From Bdellovibrionales bacterium (GTDB lineage: Bacteria; Bdellovibrionota; Bdellovibrionia; Bdellovibrionales; UBA1609), in the NCBI GenBank assembly GCA_043764155.1, contig JAYUKW010000013.1, forward strand, positions 59,683-123,682: a DNA stretch of 64,000 nt, read 5' to 3'. Positions 21,795-31,369 of this stretch are shown here, piece by piece. The notes beneath the pieces were generated by a model that was not told where the DNA came from, did no database searches, and saw only the letters and a list, made by a program, of their open reading frames with translations. Position 1 is the stretch's first letter. Each line of letters opens with the position of its first letter. The position numbers were made by a program, and so were the translations under genes.

Positions 21795-22751
21795 CTACTC
21801 AATTTGATACAGATGATCGTAGATGAAATGAATAGCTTTGGATAATCTGATTTTTAAATTTAAAAACTCATTTTCATTTTTTTGCTTAGTCACTTCATTC
21901 ATGTAAAGGTCTCGCCTCAGTTCAACCTGCACACAGTGTTGATTTTTGGAAGGCAAGCCGTAGGTCTCAGTGACACGACCACCAATGTAGGGCCAGTTGT
22001 ATGCTATTTTAAATCCTGAGTCTTCATAGGCTTTTTTGACCAAGTCGACATACGCTTTAGACGCGCTTTTTCCGTTTTGATCACTGATTACGATTTCGGC
22101 TCTTTTTTCACCAGGATCACGATGAATACTTGTCCCCACTGAAGGCATACTATGAAGGTCCAGCTGATACACTGGATTTTGATTTATACTAAAATACGTA
22201 GAGTATTTAGCTTGTACCAGATAGTGGAACTCTTTGTAGTACTTTTGGATTAAAACTTCATATAGCTGTGCAGAAATTGGATCTTTTAGTAAAACATGAT
22301 CCTGGCTGGTCTTCTGCCAGATTAAACCCGTCAAAAACTTTCCTTTAGCATGTTTAGAGCCTACAACGCTGCCTTGATCGACATCATCAGGTAATCGATT
22401 GGCGTCAGAAAAGTATCTATGCCACTGGGATTTAATAAACGGAACTTTTAATTCTTGTGCTGTAGACTGATAGAGCTGGTCTACAAAACGGTCGACATCA
22501 AACATTAAAATGTGTTCTGGCAAATCTTTGAGCCAATAGACGTCATCAGGGACTTTTTCACCAGAATGTGGACTTGTTAAAAAAAATCTTTCTTTATTAT
22601 TTTTCAAAAAGGTCCTTGAAGTAAGCCTTTTAGTTTTTAGACTTAAAGACTTATTTTTTTTTAAATTTAATGTTACTATTTTATTATAAGTAATAAAGCC
22701 AACAATACCAAGAAGATTAGCAAAGGCCTCTAAAAATGAAAATTTACACAA
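21795..22751 (-). CDS. N-formylglutamate amidohydrolase family protein (true start probably downstream)
   Basis: SPHSG, D.D.FVD, DANR, DLHSMPS, NWPYIGG, HCVQVELRRDLYMNE. Confidence 0.88.
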   Translation of the reverse strand: MCKFSFLEAFANLLGIVGFITYNKIVTLNLKKNKSLSLKTKRLTSRTFLKNNKERFFLTSPHSGEKVPDDVYWLKDLPEHILMFDVDRFVDQLYQSTAQELKVPFIKSQWHRYFSDANRLPDDVDQGSVVGSKHAKGKFLTGLIWQKTSQDHVLLKDPISAQLYEVLIQKYYKEFHYLVQAKYSTYFSINQNPVYQLDLHSMPSVGTSIHRDPGEKRAEIVISDQNGKSASKAYVDLVKKAYEDSGFKIAYNWPYIGGRVTETYGLPSKNQHCVQVELRRDLYMNEVTKQKNENEFLNLKIRLSKAIHFIYDHLYQIE

Positions 22752-23293
22752 AAACAGGCGACAAAGGTCACACGTCTCTTCTTGGGGGACAGCGGGTTAA
22801 AAAAAATCACCCTAAACTTAAAGCTTACGGTACAGTAGATGAATTAAACTCCCATATCGGTCTTTTGATTGTTCAAGTTCAAATATCTTCACCGGAGTTA
22901 ACGTCTACCATCGCAATTCTATTAAAAGTCCAAACTCAACTGTTTTTGCTTGGAAGTCATATCGCATGCTTTGAGGATTCGGATCGTAAAATGTTTAAAC
23001 TTTCAGAATTTGGTGAAGACAAAATAAAACTGATTGAAGACTCTATTGATGATTTTGAAAAAAGCTTAGCACCTTTAAAAAATTTCATTTTACCCGGAGG
23101 AAGCCTGCCTTCAGCCCAAGCCCATATTTGCAGAACTGTTTGCCGTCGGGCAGAAAGATTAATCTCTACCTTGACCGACCATGATTCCGCTTGGCTAGTT
23201 TATTTGAATCGTTTAAGTGATTTCTTTTTTGTCATTGCACGGCACTTAAATTTGGCCCAGGGCATACCCGATGTCATCTGGGTTCAAGACTAA
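22736..23293 (+). CDS. PduO-type ATP:cob(I)alamin adenosyltransferase
   Basis: MKIYTKTGDKG.TSL, AYGTVDELNS, FILPGG, RTVCRRAER, YLNRLSD. Confidence 0.93.
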   Translation: MKIYTKTGDKGHTSLLGGQRVKKNHPKLKAYGTVDELNSHIGLLIVQVQISSPELTSTIAILLKVQTQLFLLGSHIACFEDSDRKMFKLSEFGEDKIKLIEDSIDDFEKSLAPLKNFILPGGSLPSAQAHICRTVCRRAERLISTLTDHDSAWLVYLNRLSDFFFVIARHLNLAQGIPDVIWVQD

Positions 23294-24415
23294 ATGAAGA
23301 TCACTCACTGCACGACCAAGGCGGATTTTGATAAAGCCGAAGACTTTTTAGACAACCAAACTTTGCCCTCGCCGCCGGTGGAGCTTAAATTTAAGTTTCC
23401 AAAAGGATTTAAATATTATTCTGATCAGTTCAGCGAAGAAAATGACACTTGGATTTTTTCTTCTGATAATGAAACTTTAGCCGCTGGATCTTTGATTTAT
23501 AAAAATATGACCATTGAAGGCCAACCGCAAAAAATTGCGATGACCAGCTTTATGAAAATCAAACCTGATGCAAAAGCGACTTTGCTATGGGCGAAACATT
23601 TACTTCCAAAAATTCACGAACGTTTAAAAGAAAAAAACTGTGATTATATTTTTTCTTTTGTATTCCAATCCGAAAGACAAAAGATAAGAGATTTTCGGCA
23701 AGCCGTAAAACTAAAAGATAAAATGCCAAGGTACTTTCTGATTCGAAAAGCCTCTTTTATTTTAATTCACGGACGACTGCCCTGGAGGTCCCATGCTTTG
23801 AAAAGTGTGACCATAAGACGGGCTTTAACTTTTGATATCGCAGAAATTTTAAATTTTTTGGGCCCCCAGCAAGATTTAAAGAAAATTAAAAAAGTATGGA
23901 CCGAAGTGGAACTCAAAGCCTTGATCTTAAAAGGCCAAAACAATAAAAACCGTGAACAGCTTTACATTGGGGTGGATCACAATAATAAAGTTGTGGGGAT
24001 GTTCCTGCCCCAAGAGATCAACGAGATCAGACAAGACATCATGCTCTCTGCGTCCCCTGAAACCTTTAGTTACTTTCAGTTCCAACGGCTTTTATCATTT
24101 ATTGGTTTAACCAACAGCCCACCAAGGATGAAACATCCCGTCAGCCAGCTTTACATTTCCATGATTGAAGCGACCAATCCCGATGTTTTTGAATCTTTAC
24201 TAAGGTTTGTTTATAAAACTTTAAGACAGCGCTATGAAATCATATCCTACACACATTTTTCGGGAAATTTAATTTCAAAACCGCCTTCAAGTTTTATTGT
24301 TGGTTCATTACCAATGGATTTATATTTAATTTTACCTCAAGACAAAAACCCACCTGAGTTTTTAAAATCCTACTGGATGGCCCCGACCCCAGATTTGGAA
24401 TCGATTACGTTCTAA
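23294..24415 (+). CDS. Hypothetical protein, possibly tandem GNAT-like fold
   Basis: 373-aa ORF abutting the upstream gene. Fold is only a guess. Confidence 0.6.
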   Translation: MKITHCTTKADFDKAEDFLDNQTLPSPPVELKFKFPKGFKYYSDQFSEENDTWIFSSDNETLAAGSLIYKNMTIEGQPQKIAMTSFMKIKPDAKATLLWAKHLLPKIHERLKEKNCDYIFSFVFQSERQKIRDFRQAVKLKDKMPRYFLIRKASFILIHGRLPWRSHALKSVTIRRALTFDIAEILNFLGPQQDLKKIKKVWTEVELKALILKGQNNKNREQLYIGVDHNNKVVGMFLPQEINEIRQDIMLSASPETFSYFQFQRLLSFIGLTNSPPRMKHPVSQLYISMIEATNPDVFESLLRFVYKTLRQRYEIISYTHFSGNLISKPPSSFIVGSLPMDLYLILPQDKNPPEFLKSYWMAPTPDLESITF

Positions 24416-24423
24416 AATTTAAT

Positions 24424-25113
24424 TTACGCTAGGACTTCAGAGTTTTCGAAATACGAAAATCCGGTATCATAAAAAACAGCGTGAAGCCTTTCATCCAAAG
24501 AAATAGAATCTAAAATATTCAGGCGTAATTTCAGCATTTCTAGTTTTTGCCCAATACCTAAATTCAAAACTACAAACTTTTCATCTGCGCTTTCGATTTC
24601 ATGAAATATTTCAATGAGTTCTGACGAAGTCTTAATAGTTTTTATACCACAACTTGTGGGCCTGAAAAGACTGTATTTAGACTGAGCATGAACAGAATGT
24701 AAAGAACGTAAGGTTTTAGGCTCTTTATTAAAACTTCGAACAGCGGGATGCTTTAAGACAAATTCTTTTAAATTTTGTAATTTTAAAACTAACATGTGAA
24801 CTCGAGTGGCATTCACGTTAGACAAAATATTTTTGATCTCAAAATTATTTTGATTTTGAAGCCGAATAAAAAGACCATACTGAACCAAATCATTTAATAA
24901 ATTTTTAAACTCGGGATGAATATGAAAAAACTCATCTGGTCTGTAAAATGAATTACTTAAAACTAAAGACTTCACTCCAAGTAAACTATCCCAATGCACT
25001 TGGGCTTGTTGAACGACATCAATGACTTCAGGGATTCGAATTAAATTTTGACGTAAAGAAGCAAAATCCATAAATGAACTTTCACCTAAAATAATTACGG
25101 CATTTTGTCTCAT
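24424..25113 (-). CDS. Hypothetical protein
   Basis: 229-aa ORF with GGGGGA RBS. No recognised catalytic motif. Confidence 0.6.
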   Translation of the reverse strand: MRQNAVIILGESSFMDFASLRQNLIRIPEVIDVVQQAQVHWDSLLGVKSLVLSNSFYRPDEFFHIHPEFKNLLNDLVQYGLFIRLQNQNNFEIKNILSNVNATRVHMLVLKLQNLKEFVLKHPAVRSFNKEPKTLRSLHSVHAQSKYSLFRPTSCGIKTIKTSSELIEIFHEIESADEKFVVLNLGIGQKLEMLKLRLNILDSISLDERLHAVFYDTGFSYFENSEVLA

Positions 25114-25504
25114 TGAAAAATCCCCCCGGACTTAACAAGTATTTAATGCTGAAGTTGTTAAAAAGTGAAGTTAAAAAAACGTTTCTATGTTTGGAGTATA
25201 TTTTTTTTAAATCACTTTGAAACAGATTCTTAAAATGAGTGTTAAAAAACTTTCTGCTCAGTGTTATTTTCAGTTTGATTAGCACGGCCCATCTCCGGCA
25301 GATTTCAATTATATTCGACCACAAGACCTTGCAAGACTTAGGTCGACTATGAATAAAAACTTCTTCTTCTAGCATAATATTGATATTCTATTTGCTGCAC
25401 TAAAGTGAGTGACGTTTTAATTCGCCACTCTGAGAATTTAACTTAAACGACTTTAGGCAAGACGAACTAACGCAACTGAATTTAGCAACTGGGGTTTTAC
25501 AACA

Positions 25505-26464
25505 TTGAGCAAAAAAAACCGACCGCCTTTAGAAGGTCTTTACATTTATGCCCTATTGACGCTGGTGGCCTTCATTCTTTCGGACTTAGCAATCTTAAAA
25601 ACTCAGTTATTTCTAGAAGGCCAAGCCCCATCAAAAACTATGGCCCCTCCGTTTCGCCCCCCACTGTTTGCCAGTGGCTTAATCGTGAGGTCTATGATCT
25701 CAAATGAAAAATATCAAAGCATCATCGACAGAAATTTATTCAACTCTGACGGTTTAATTCCACCTCCTTTTGGTGGCGACGGCGAAGGCGCCGTGGACGA
25801 CGACTCGGTCCCAGTTAAAACAGATTTGCCGATTCAAGTTGTAGGCACCATTGTTCATGCCAACCCCTACCGATCTATTGCCAGCCTTTCTTTACAAGGC
25901 GAAGAGATGCCTGCGGCCTTGAAAGTCGGTGGCATGTTAAAAGATTTAGCCGAAATCCTAGCTGTGTTTCGTAGACGAGTTATTTTTAGAAACTTAAAAA
26001 GCCAAAGACTGGAATATGTTGAAATCCCAGAAGAACCTGAAGTGGCTAAGCGAAAACAATCGAATTTACAAATTCCAAAATTTCAAAGGCCCGGCGCAGG
26101 TGACCCACAAATTCAAGCCGTTGGGAATAACTTTACGGTGTCACGCGCTGACGTGAAAGAACAATTAAATAACTATCAGTCTTTGCTTAAAACAGCGCGC
26201 GCGATCCCCTACACCGATCCCAAAACTGGTGAGCTGGTGGGATTTAAAGTCACTCAACTTCAACCTGGAAGCTTATTTCAAAAATTAGGAATACAACCTG
26301 GTGACGTGATCAAGGGTGTCAACGGCGAACCCATCAACAGTGTGAACAGAGCATTAGAAGTTTTTGCAAATTTAAAAGGTTCGGTCGACGACATCGACAG
26401 CGTTAACATCAGTGTTGAGCGCGGCGGAAGTGATCAGGCTTTAAATTATAACATGACTGAATAA
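25505..26464 (+). CDS. gspC: T2SS protein C with PDZ domain
   Basis: N-terminal TM, RNLF, C-terminal PDZ (GFKV..PGSLFQKLGIQPGDVIKGVNG). First gene of the gsp cluster. Confidence 0.9.
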   Translation: MSKKNRPPLEGLYIYALLTLVAFILSDLAILKTQLFLEGQAPSKTMAPPFRPPLFASGLIVRSMISNEKYQSIIDRNLFNSDGLIPPPFGGDGEGAVDDDSVPVKTDLPIQVVGTIVHANPYRSIASLSLQGEEMPAALKVGGMLKDLAEILAVFRRRVIFRNLKSQRLEYVEIPEEPEVAKRKQSNLQIPKFQRPGAGDPQIQAVGNNFTVSRADVKEQLNNYQSLLKTARAIPYTDPKTGELVGFKVTQLQPGSLFQKLGIQPGDVIKGVNGEPINSVNRALEVFANLKGSVDDIDSVNISVERGGSDQALNYNMTE

Positions 26465-26576
26465 AATTAAAAAATATTTTTATTTTTTAATTAGATATTA
26501 AAAACTTAGAAATTAAAAATTAATTTAAGTAGAAATTTATATTTAGAATTTAGATACCAAGACAGGGAGTAAATTT

Positions 26577-28937
26577 ATGATTTTAAAGGCTCAATTCTTA
26601 ACAGCCATGGCCAAAATTAAACTGAAGCTTAAAACTACACTCGGCGCTTCATTTAAAGTTTTAATTATTTACGGACTTATTTTATCCACACCCACTCAAG
26701 CCCAGTTTGACCCCAACCGCTTTAAGCCTGAAGGTGAAGAAAAACCAATTCCAGTGTCACCAAGTGGAATCCCTTTTAGTGAAGCGAATCCTGAAGACAT
26801 TAATGACAAAAATTATCCCGACAAGATCGAAAATTTTGATTACCCTGACGTGGACATTCGCGATTTAGTCGATGTGATGAGCGAACTGACGGGCAAAAAC
26901 TTTATCGTTGATCCCACAGTTAAAAGTAAGCGAATCACCATCATCGCCCGAAGCCCCATTACCGTTGCTCAAGCCTATAAAGCGTTTTTGTCGGCCTTAG
27001 CTGTGAATGGAATCACGGTCGTTAAAAGTGGTGCGTTTTTAAAGATTATAAATTCTAAAGACGCCTTAAAAGACAGTATTGAAATTTATTCGGGCGATTA
27101 CTACCCGACGACTGACCAACTGATTACTAAAATTATAAAATTAAAATACATCTCGGCCGTGGAACTAGAAAAAAGCTTAAGGTCCCTGTACTCAAGAGAC
27201 GGAGACTTAAAAGCGTACGAGCCCACAAATTCTTTAATTATTTCTGACTACGGATCGAACGTCGATAGAATCGTTAAGATCGCCAACCAGCTAGACGTTC
27301 CAGGCTTTGAAGAGAAAATGGAAGTCTTACCTATTTTGTATGCGGCAGCGAAAGACATTGCGGACTTGATCAATGATGTGATCACCAAAGGTGAGGGCGG
27401 GGCCAACAACAGATTTGGAGCTGTGCCACGATTTCGTAGAACCGATGGATCAGAAGGTGGGACAGCCAAAGAGAATTTATCTTTTGTGTCGGCCGATCCA
27501 AGGACCAATTCTTTAATTGTGTTAGGAAATGACGCTGGAATTGAAAAAGCAAAAAGACTTGTTAAGCAACTGGATTTTAAAGTCAGTGCCGACGCCCAAG
27601 GCGGAGTTTACGTTTACTATGTTAAACACGCTAACGCCGAAGAGATTCAAAAAACCTTATCAGGCCTAGCGGATGAATCTAAAAAAGCGAATCAAGATTC
27701 ATCCAAGACAGGCGCGGGCGCTAACCCCTCAGCCCTTCCTGAAACTGCGAAAGCCAAGTCAGTTGCGGCAGCCTTCGGGGATGACGTTGTTATTCAGTTT
27801 GATAAAAATACAAACAGTTTAATCATAACGGCTAGTAAAACGGACTACGAAAAAATCATAAATATTTTAAACAAAATTGATATCGCCCGCGACCAAGTTT
27901 TTGTTGAAACGGTGATTATGGAAATTGATATTAAGAAAGCCCGCGAGGTGGGTTTAAGTATCTTCAACTTAGTTCCTGGACCTTTAAATCAAACAGGCAC
28001 ACAAGATATTATTGCAAGACAGGGCTTTATAGGTTCAAAAGACGCCTTAACCCAAATTACGAATCCGTTAGCTAACCCCGAAGGCGGTGGTATTTTTACT
28101 TTTGGTGCTGGAGAAAAATTTAGAACCACAGTCGGCGGAGCACAAGCGACCATTACGTCCATTTTGGGTTTATTAAAACTCGTCGAACAAAATAGTATTG
28201 GACATGTGCTTTCAACACCAAAAATCGTAGCTATGGACAATGAAAAGTCCATCATTGAAGTTGGGGATGAAATTTCAGTTCAAACAGGATCTGCTGTGGC
28301 TGCCGGTGGTGTTCAACAGAATACGTTTGCGACTAAAAACGTAACCATTAAACTAGAAATCACTCCGTCTATTAATCCTGGAACTGAAAAAGTAAGGCTT
28401 AAATTGGTTCAAGATGTGAAGCAATTAGGTGGAGCTGTAATCAATAATAACCCTGTCATTTCAACTAAAAATATTGATACTAACATTGTGGTCACAAGTG
28501 GTGATACGGCTGTTCTAGGTGGATTGATTAACGATCGTGAAACTGTCACTACAAGAAAGGTTCCACTTCTTGGAGATATCCCCATTTTAGGTTGGTTATT
28601 TAGATCCAGAGATGTATCAAAAGAGAAGCGAAATTTAGTTGTGTTTTTAACTCCAAAAATTATTCGTAATTCAGAAACCATGAATAAGATCACTCAAGGC
28701 GAAATTGATAAACGTTTATCATTTATTAAAAAAGAAGCCCAAGGAATTGATCCTTATGGATACAAGATAGACGAGATTTCTAAAATACCAGATCCCCTAA
28801 AATCAAATGACAATTGGGACGGCGACATTCAACAGGATCAAGACCAAGAATTCAGAAAACCAATTGAAAACGACGAAGAGTTCGGCGAAGACCTAGAAGA
28901 TTTTTTATCCGAATCCCCTAGCAAAGATAGTTTGTAG
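26577..28937 (+). CDS. gspD: T2SS secretin D
   Basis: N0-N3 domains (TGKNFIVD, TNSLII), secretin core QVFVE, LSTPKI, KVPLLGDIPILGWLF. Confidence 0.95.
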   Translation: MILKAQFLTAMAKIKLKLKTTLGASFKVLIIYGLILSTPTQAQFDPNRFKPEGEEKPIPVSPSGIPFSEANPEDINDKNYPDKIENFDYPDVDIRDLVDVMSELTGKNFIVDPTVKSKRITIIARSPITVAQAYKAFLSALAVNGITVVKSGAFLKIINSKDALKDSIEIYSGDYYPTTDQLITKIIKLKYISAVELEKSLRSLYSRDGDLKAYEPTNSLIISDYGSNVDRIVKIANQLDVPGFEEKMEVLPILYAAAKDIADLINDVITKGEGGANNRFGAVPRFRRTDGSEGGTAKENLSFVSADPRTNSLIVLGNDAGIEKAKRLVKQLDFKVSADAQGGVYVYYVKHANAEEIQKTLSGLADESKKANQDSSKTGAGANPSALPETAKAKSVAAAFGDDVVIQFDKNTNSLIITASKTDYEKIINILNKIDIARDQVFVETVIMEIDIKKAREVGLSIFNLVPGPLNQTGTQDIIARQGFIGSKDALTQITNPLANPEGGGIFTFGAGEKFRTTVGGAQATITSILGLLKLVEQNSIGHVLSTPKIVAMDNEKSIIEVGDEISVQTGSAVAAGGVQQNTFATKNVTIKLEITPSINPGTEKVRLKLVQDVKQLGGAVINNNPVISTKNIDTNIVVTSGDTAVLGGLINDRETVTTRKVPLLGDIPILGWLFRSRDVSKEKRNLVVFLTPKIIRNSETMNKITQGEIDKRLSFIKKEAQGIDPYGYKIDEISKIPDPLKSNDNWDGDIQQDQDQEFRKPIENDEEFGEDLEDFLSESPSKDSL

Positions 28938-28966
28938 GAAATAAATAAAATTTATATATTTTAAAA

Positions 28967-28997
28967 ATACCTACTTTTATACCTCCGTTACGGAGGT
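28967..28997 (+). repeat. Family A motif, copy 2 (may double as gspD terminator)
   Basis: ATAC-CTAC-TTTTAT-ACCTCCG-TTA-CGGAGGT, perfect stem followed by a T run. Confidence 0.85.
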
Positions 28998-29313
28998 TTT
29001 TAAAGTGAGTCTTACGTTTTATTGGTGCTAAACAAATTGAATCTCGACTGAAAAGTGGCTTTAGGGTGACTAAGCCTAGATTTTGGATGTGAAATCTAAG
29101 TTTGAAGCCAGAATTTGATTTTGAACCAGAGAGCTAAAACTGACAATTTTTGTAATCTTACAACCCTAAATTTGTCCTTTTTGATTTGTCGTTGTTACTT
29201 TTAAATGTGTCTTTGTGAGTTTAATTGGAGTTAAAAAATTTGGTTATAATTAATCATTTAATTTACCAATTTGGCATATAAAATGCTTTATCGTAAAAGC
29301 TTGGAGATTTATC

Positions 29314-30471
29314 ATGAAAAAAATCTTAACTCATTGTTCGTTTTTAATCTTATTTGCTTTGCTAAACTTTAGTCATTTCACAAATGCAAATTCTCAATCC
29401 TGTAGCGTGTTTTTAATGAATCACACGATGAATCATACATTGTTATCAACTTTAAATAAACTAGCTCTAGACTTTTCGATTCGGAAAGAAGCACTTCTTT
29501 CTTATATTGAGAAAGCTAAAGGAAGAATAACTTCACAAGAATTTTTTAGCTTTTTTAACACTTTTACTTCAATCGAACAGATGAAAATCGCAGAAGAATT
29601 ATTGGATTGGCCTCATGACCGAGGAAAAGGCTGGGGCGGCTGGGAGAATTACCAGGCTATCTTTTTAAGATCAGTCAGTCAGATTTTAGTTACTGGGACA
29701 GAAAAAGAATTGTTAGCTATACTTAAAGGGCCAATGGGAAAAGTTCTATACACAGACCCAGGAGACTATAATAGCTCTTCTACAAGAGCCGCTTATGATA
29801 AACGCCGTTACAACTCGTCAAACTTACCTCTAGGATCTCAGTCTGAAGGATTCACAACATTAATGTATGCCTCTCAAAAAGGTTATCTCAATGTTGTAAA
29901 ACTTTTAGTCGAAGAATTTAAAGTAAATATTAATCTTATAAAACCCATACACAATTATGGACTTCAACCAAACACTGCTCTTAGCTACGCTATATTTTTC
30001 AATAAAGATAATCAAAATGACCAAGTTATATCTTACCTCTTAAAAATGGGAGCCAATTTGAGTTCTCAAAATACTTACTACCCAGGTCCTCTTTATTATG
30101 CCGCCGCAATTGATGATGTAGAGATGCTTAAATTATTGTTAGAATATGGTGCTGACATAAATGATCAGACAAAAATTCATGAAACAGCGCTTTTTGCAGT
30201 AGCAAAATATGGTCAAACCAACGCTGCAAAGTTTTTACTTGAAGCTGGAATTGATTATAACGCAAGACTTGTGGAATTGGAAAAAAATGATTTTGGAAAG
30301 ACAGTAGAAGTTGATCGCTTATTTAAAGACACAGCTTCAGCTGTGGCAAAGCAAGGTGGCTATATTGAAGTTGCAGACTTAATTCTTGAATTCGATAAAG
30401 CTTCTAAGGGAAAAACTTATAATCCATCTAAATTTCCAGATCGAATTTGGAGATTCTTTAAAACCTTATAA
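29314..30471 (+). CDS. Secreted ankyrin-repeat protein
   Basis: Signal peptide. Ankyrin repeats GFTTLMYASQKGYLNVVKLL, PLYYAA..D.EMLKLLLEYGADIN, ETALFAV..G..AAKFLLEAGID. Confidence 0.9.
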   Translation: MKKILTHCSFLILFALLNFSHFTNANSQSCSVFLMNHTMNHTLLSTLNKLALDFSIRKEALLSYIEKAKGRITSQEFFSFFNTFTSIEQMKIAEELLDWPHDRGKGWGGWENYQAIFLRSVSQILVTGTEKELLAILKGPMGKVLYTDPGDYNSSSTRAAYDKRRYNSSNLPLGSQSEGFTTLMYASQKGYLNVVKLLVEEFKVNINLIKPIHNYGLQPNTALSYAIFFNKDNQNDQVISYLLKMGANLSSQNTYYPGPLYYAAAIDDVEMLKLLLEYGADINDQTKIHETALFAVAKYGQTNAAKFLLEAGIDYNARLVELEKNDFGKTVEVDRLFKDTASAVAKQGGYIEVADLILEFDKASKGKTYNPSKFPDRIWRFFKTL

Positions 30472-30911
30472 ATTTATAATTAAGTGGGAATTTCTAATCT
30501 ATAATTTTTTTCAAACCCAATTAGAATTTGAAACTAGAATTCAGTTGGTCATCTTTCTTAAAGGGCGAATTTGCGCCTAGCCAAAACCCCTTGATTTTAG
30601 CATAGAAAATCATCCTTCTTTTGTGTTTTTTTGTATCAGTCAAAAGACACAAACTAAAAATTTAGAAATACTTTAAATTTCTAGTTTTTAATCAAATTTT
30701 ATAAAAAGTTTAAAGCATTTTTTCAATAAAATATTTGAATTTATTAAAAAAATAAATACATCAGAAAGTATTTATTTTTTTCCACAGAAATAACACGTTC
30801 GAAATAAATAATTTTTTTCCAATGATTTTTATTTATCATCGCACCATTAATTTATTGTTTATAAAGACTTCAAGTCATTATTTAATATTGCATAAGTAAA
30901 ATTCTTAAACA

Positions 30912-30942
30912 TAGCTTAAATTTATACCACCGTAATGGAGGT
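30912..30942 (+). repeat. Family A motif, copy 3
   Basis: TAGC-TTAA-ATTTAT-ACCACCG-TAA-TGGAGGT. 30921-30946 is the exact reverse complement of 37509-37534. Confidence 0.9.
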
Positions 30943-31369
30943 TAATTTTGACCTTTTGTGTTTAAAAAAGTCTTAAAGCTAATATTTGTTTCGCCGTGAT
31001 ATAAAATTTCGATTCATACTTTTTCATATTTAAAAAACTAATTTTGATTTTAGTTATTTATCAAAATACGAACCCCTATGGTTGTTTTTCTTATTTGTTT
31101 TTCTTATTTATTTTTCATTGGATTAAGACTTCAATTTAATTAGGGTACCAGGAACAGGTTCAATCTTAAATGAATGAATGAATTATTAATTATTTTTATA
31201 TTTACAAAAAAACTGTCCGAAATAAATATTATTATACCAATAATAATTATTTAATATTGCATCATTGGTTTATTTAAAACCTATTACTTGTTATGTTGTT
31301 TTTACTAAACAAAGATTTTTAAATTTAATATTTTTTCACAACATTTGAATTAAATATTATATAAGGATT

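Noticed and set aside
25661..25677. CCACTG-TTTGC-CAGTGG hairpin inside gspC as an inserted element
   Set aside because: Single 6-bp stem with no other copy seen in the window.
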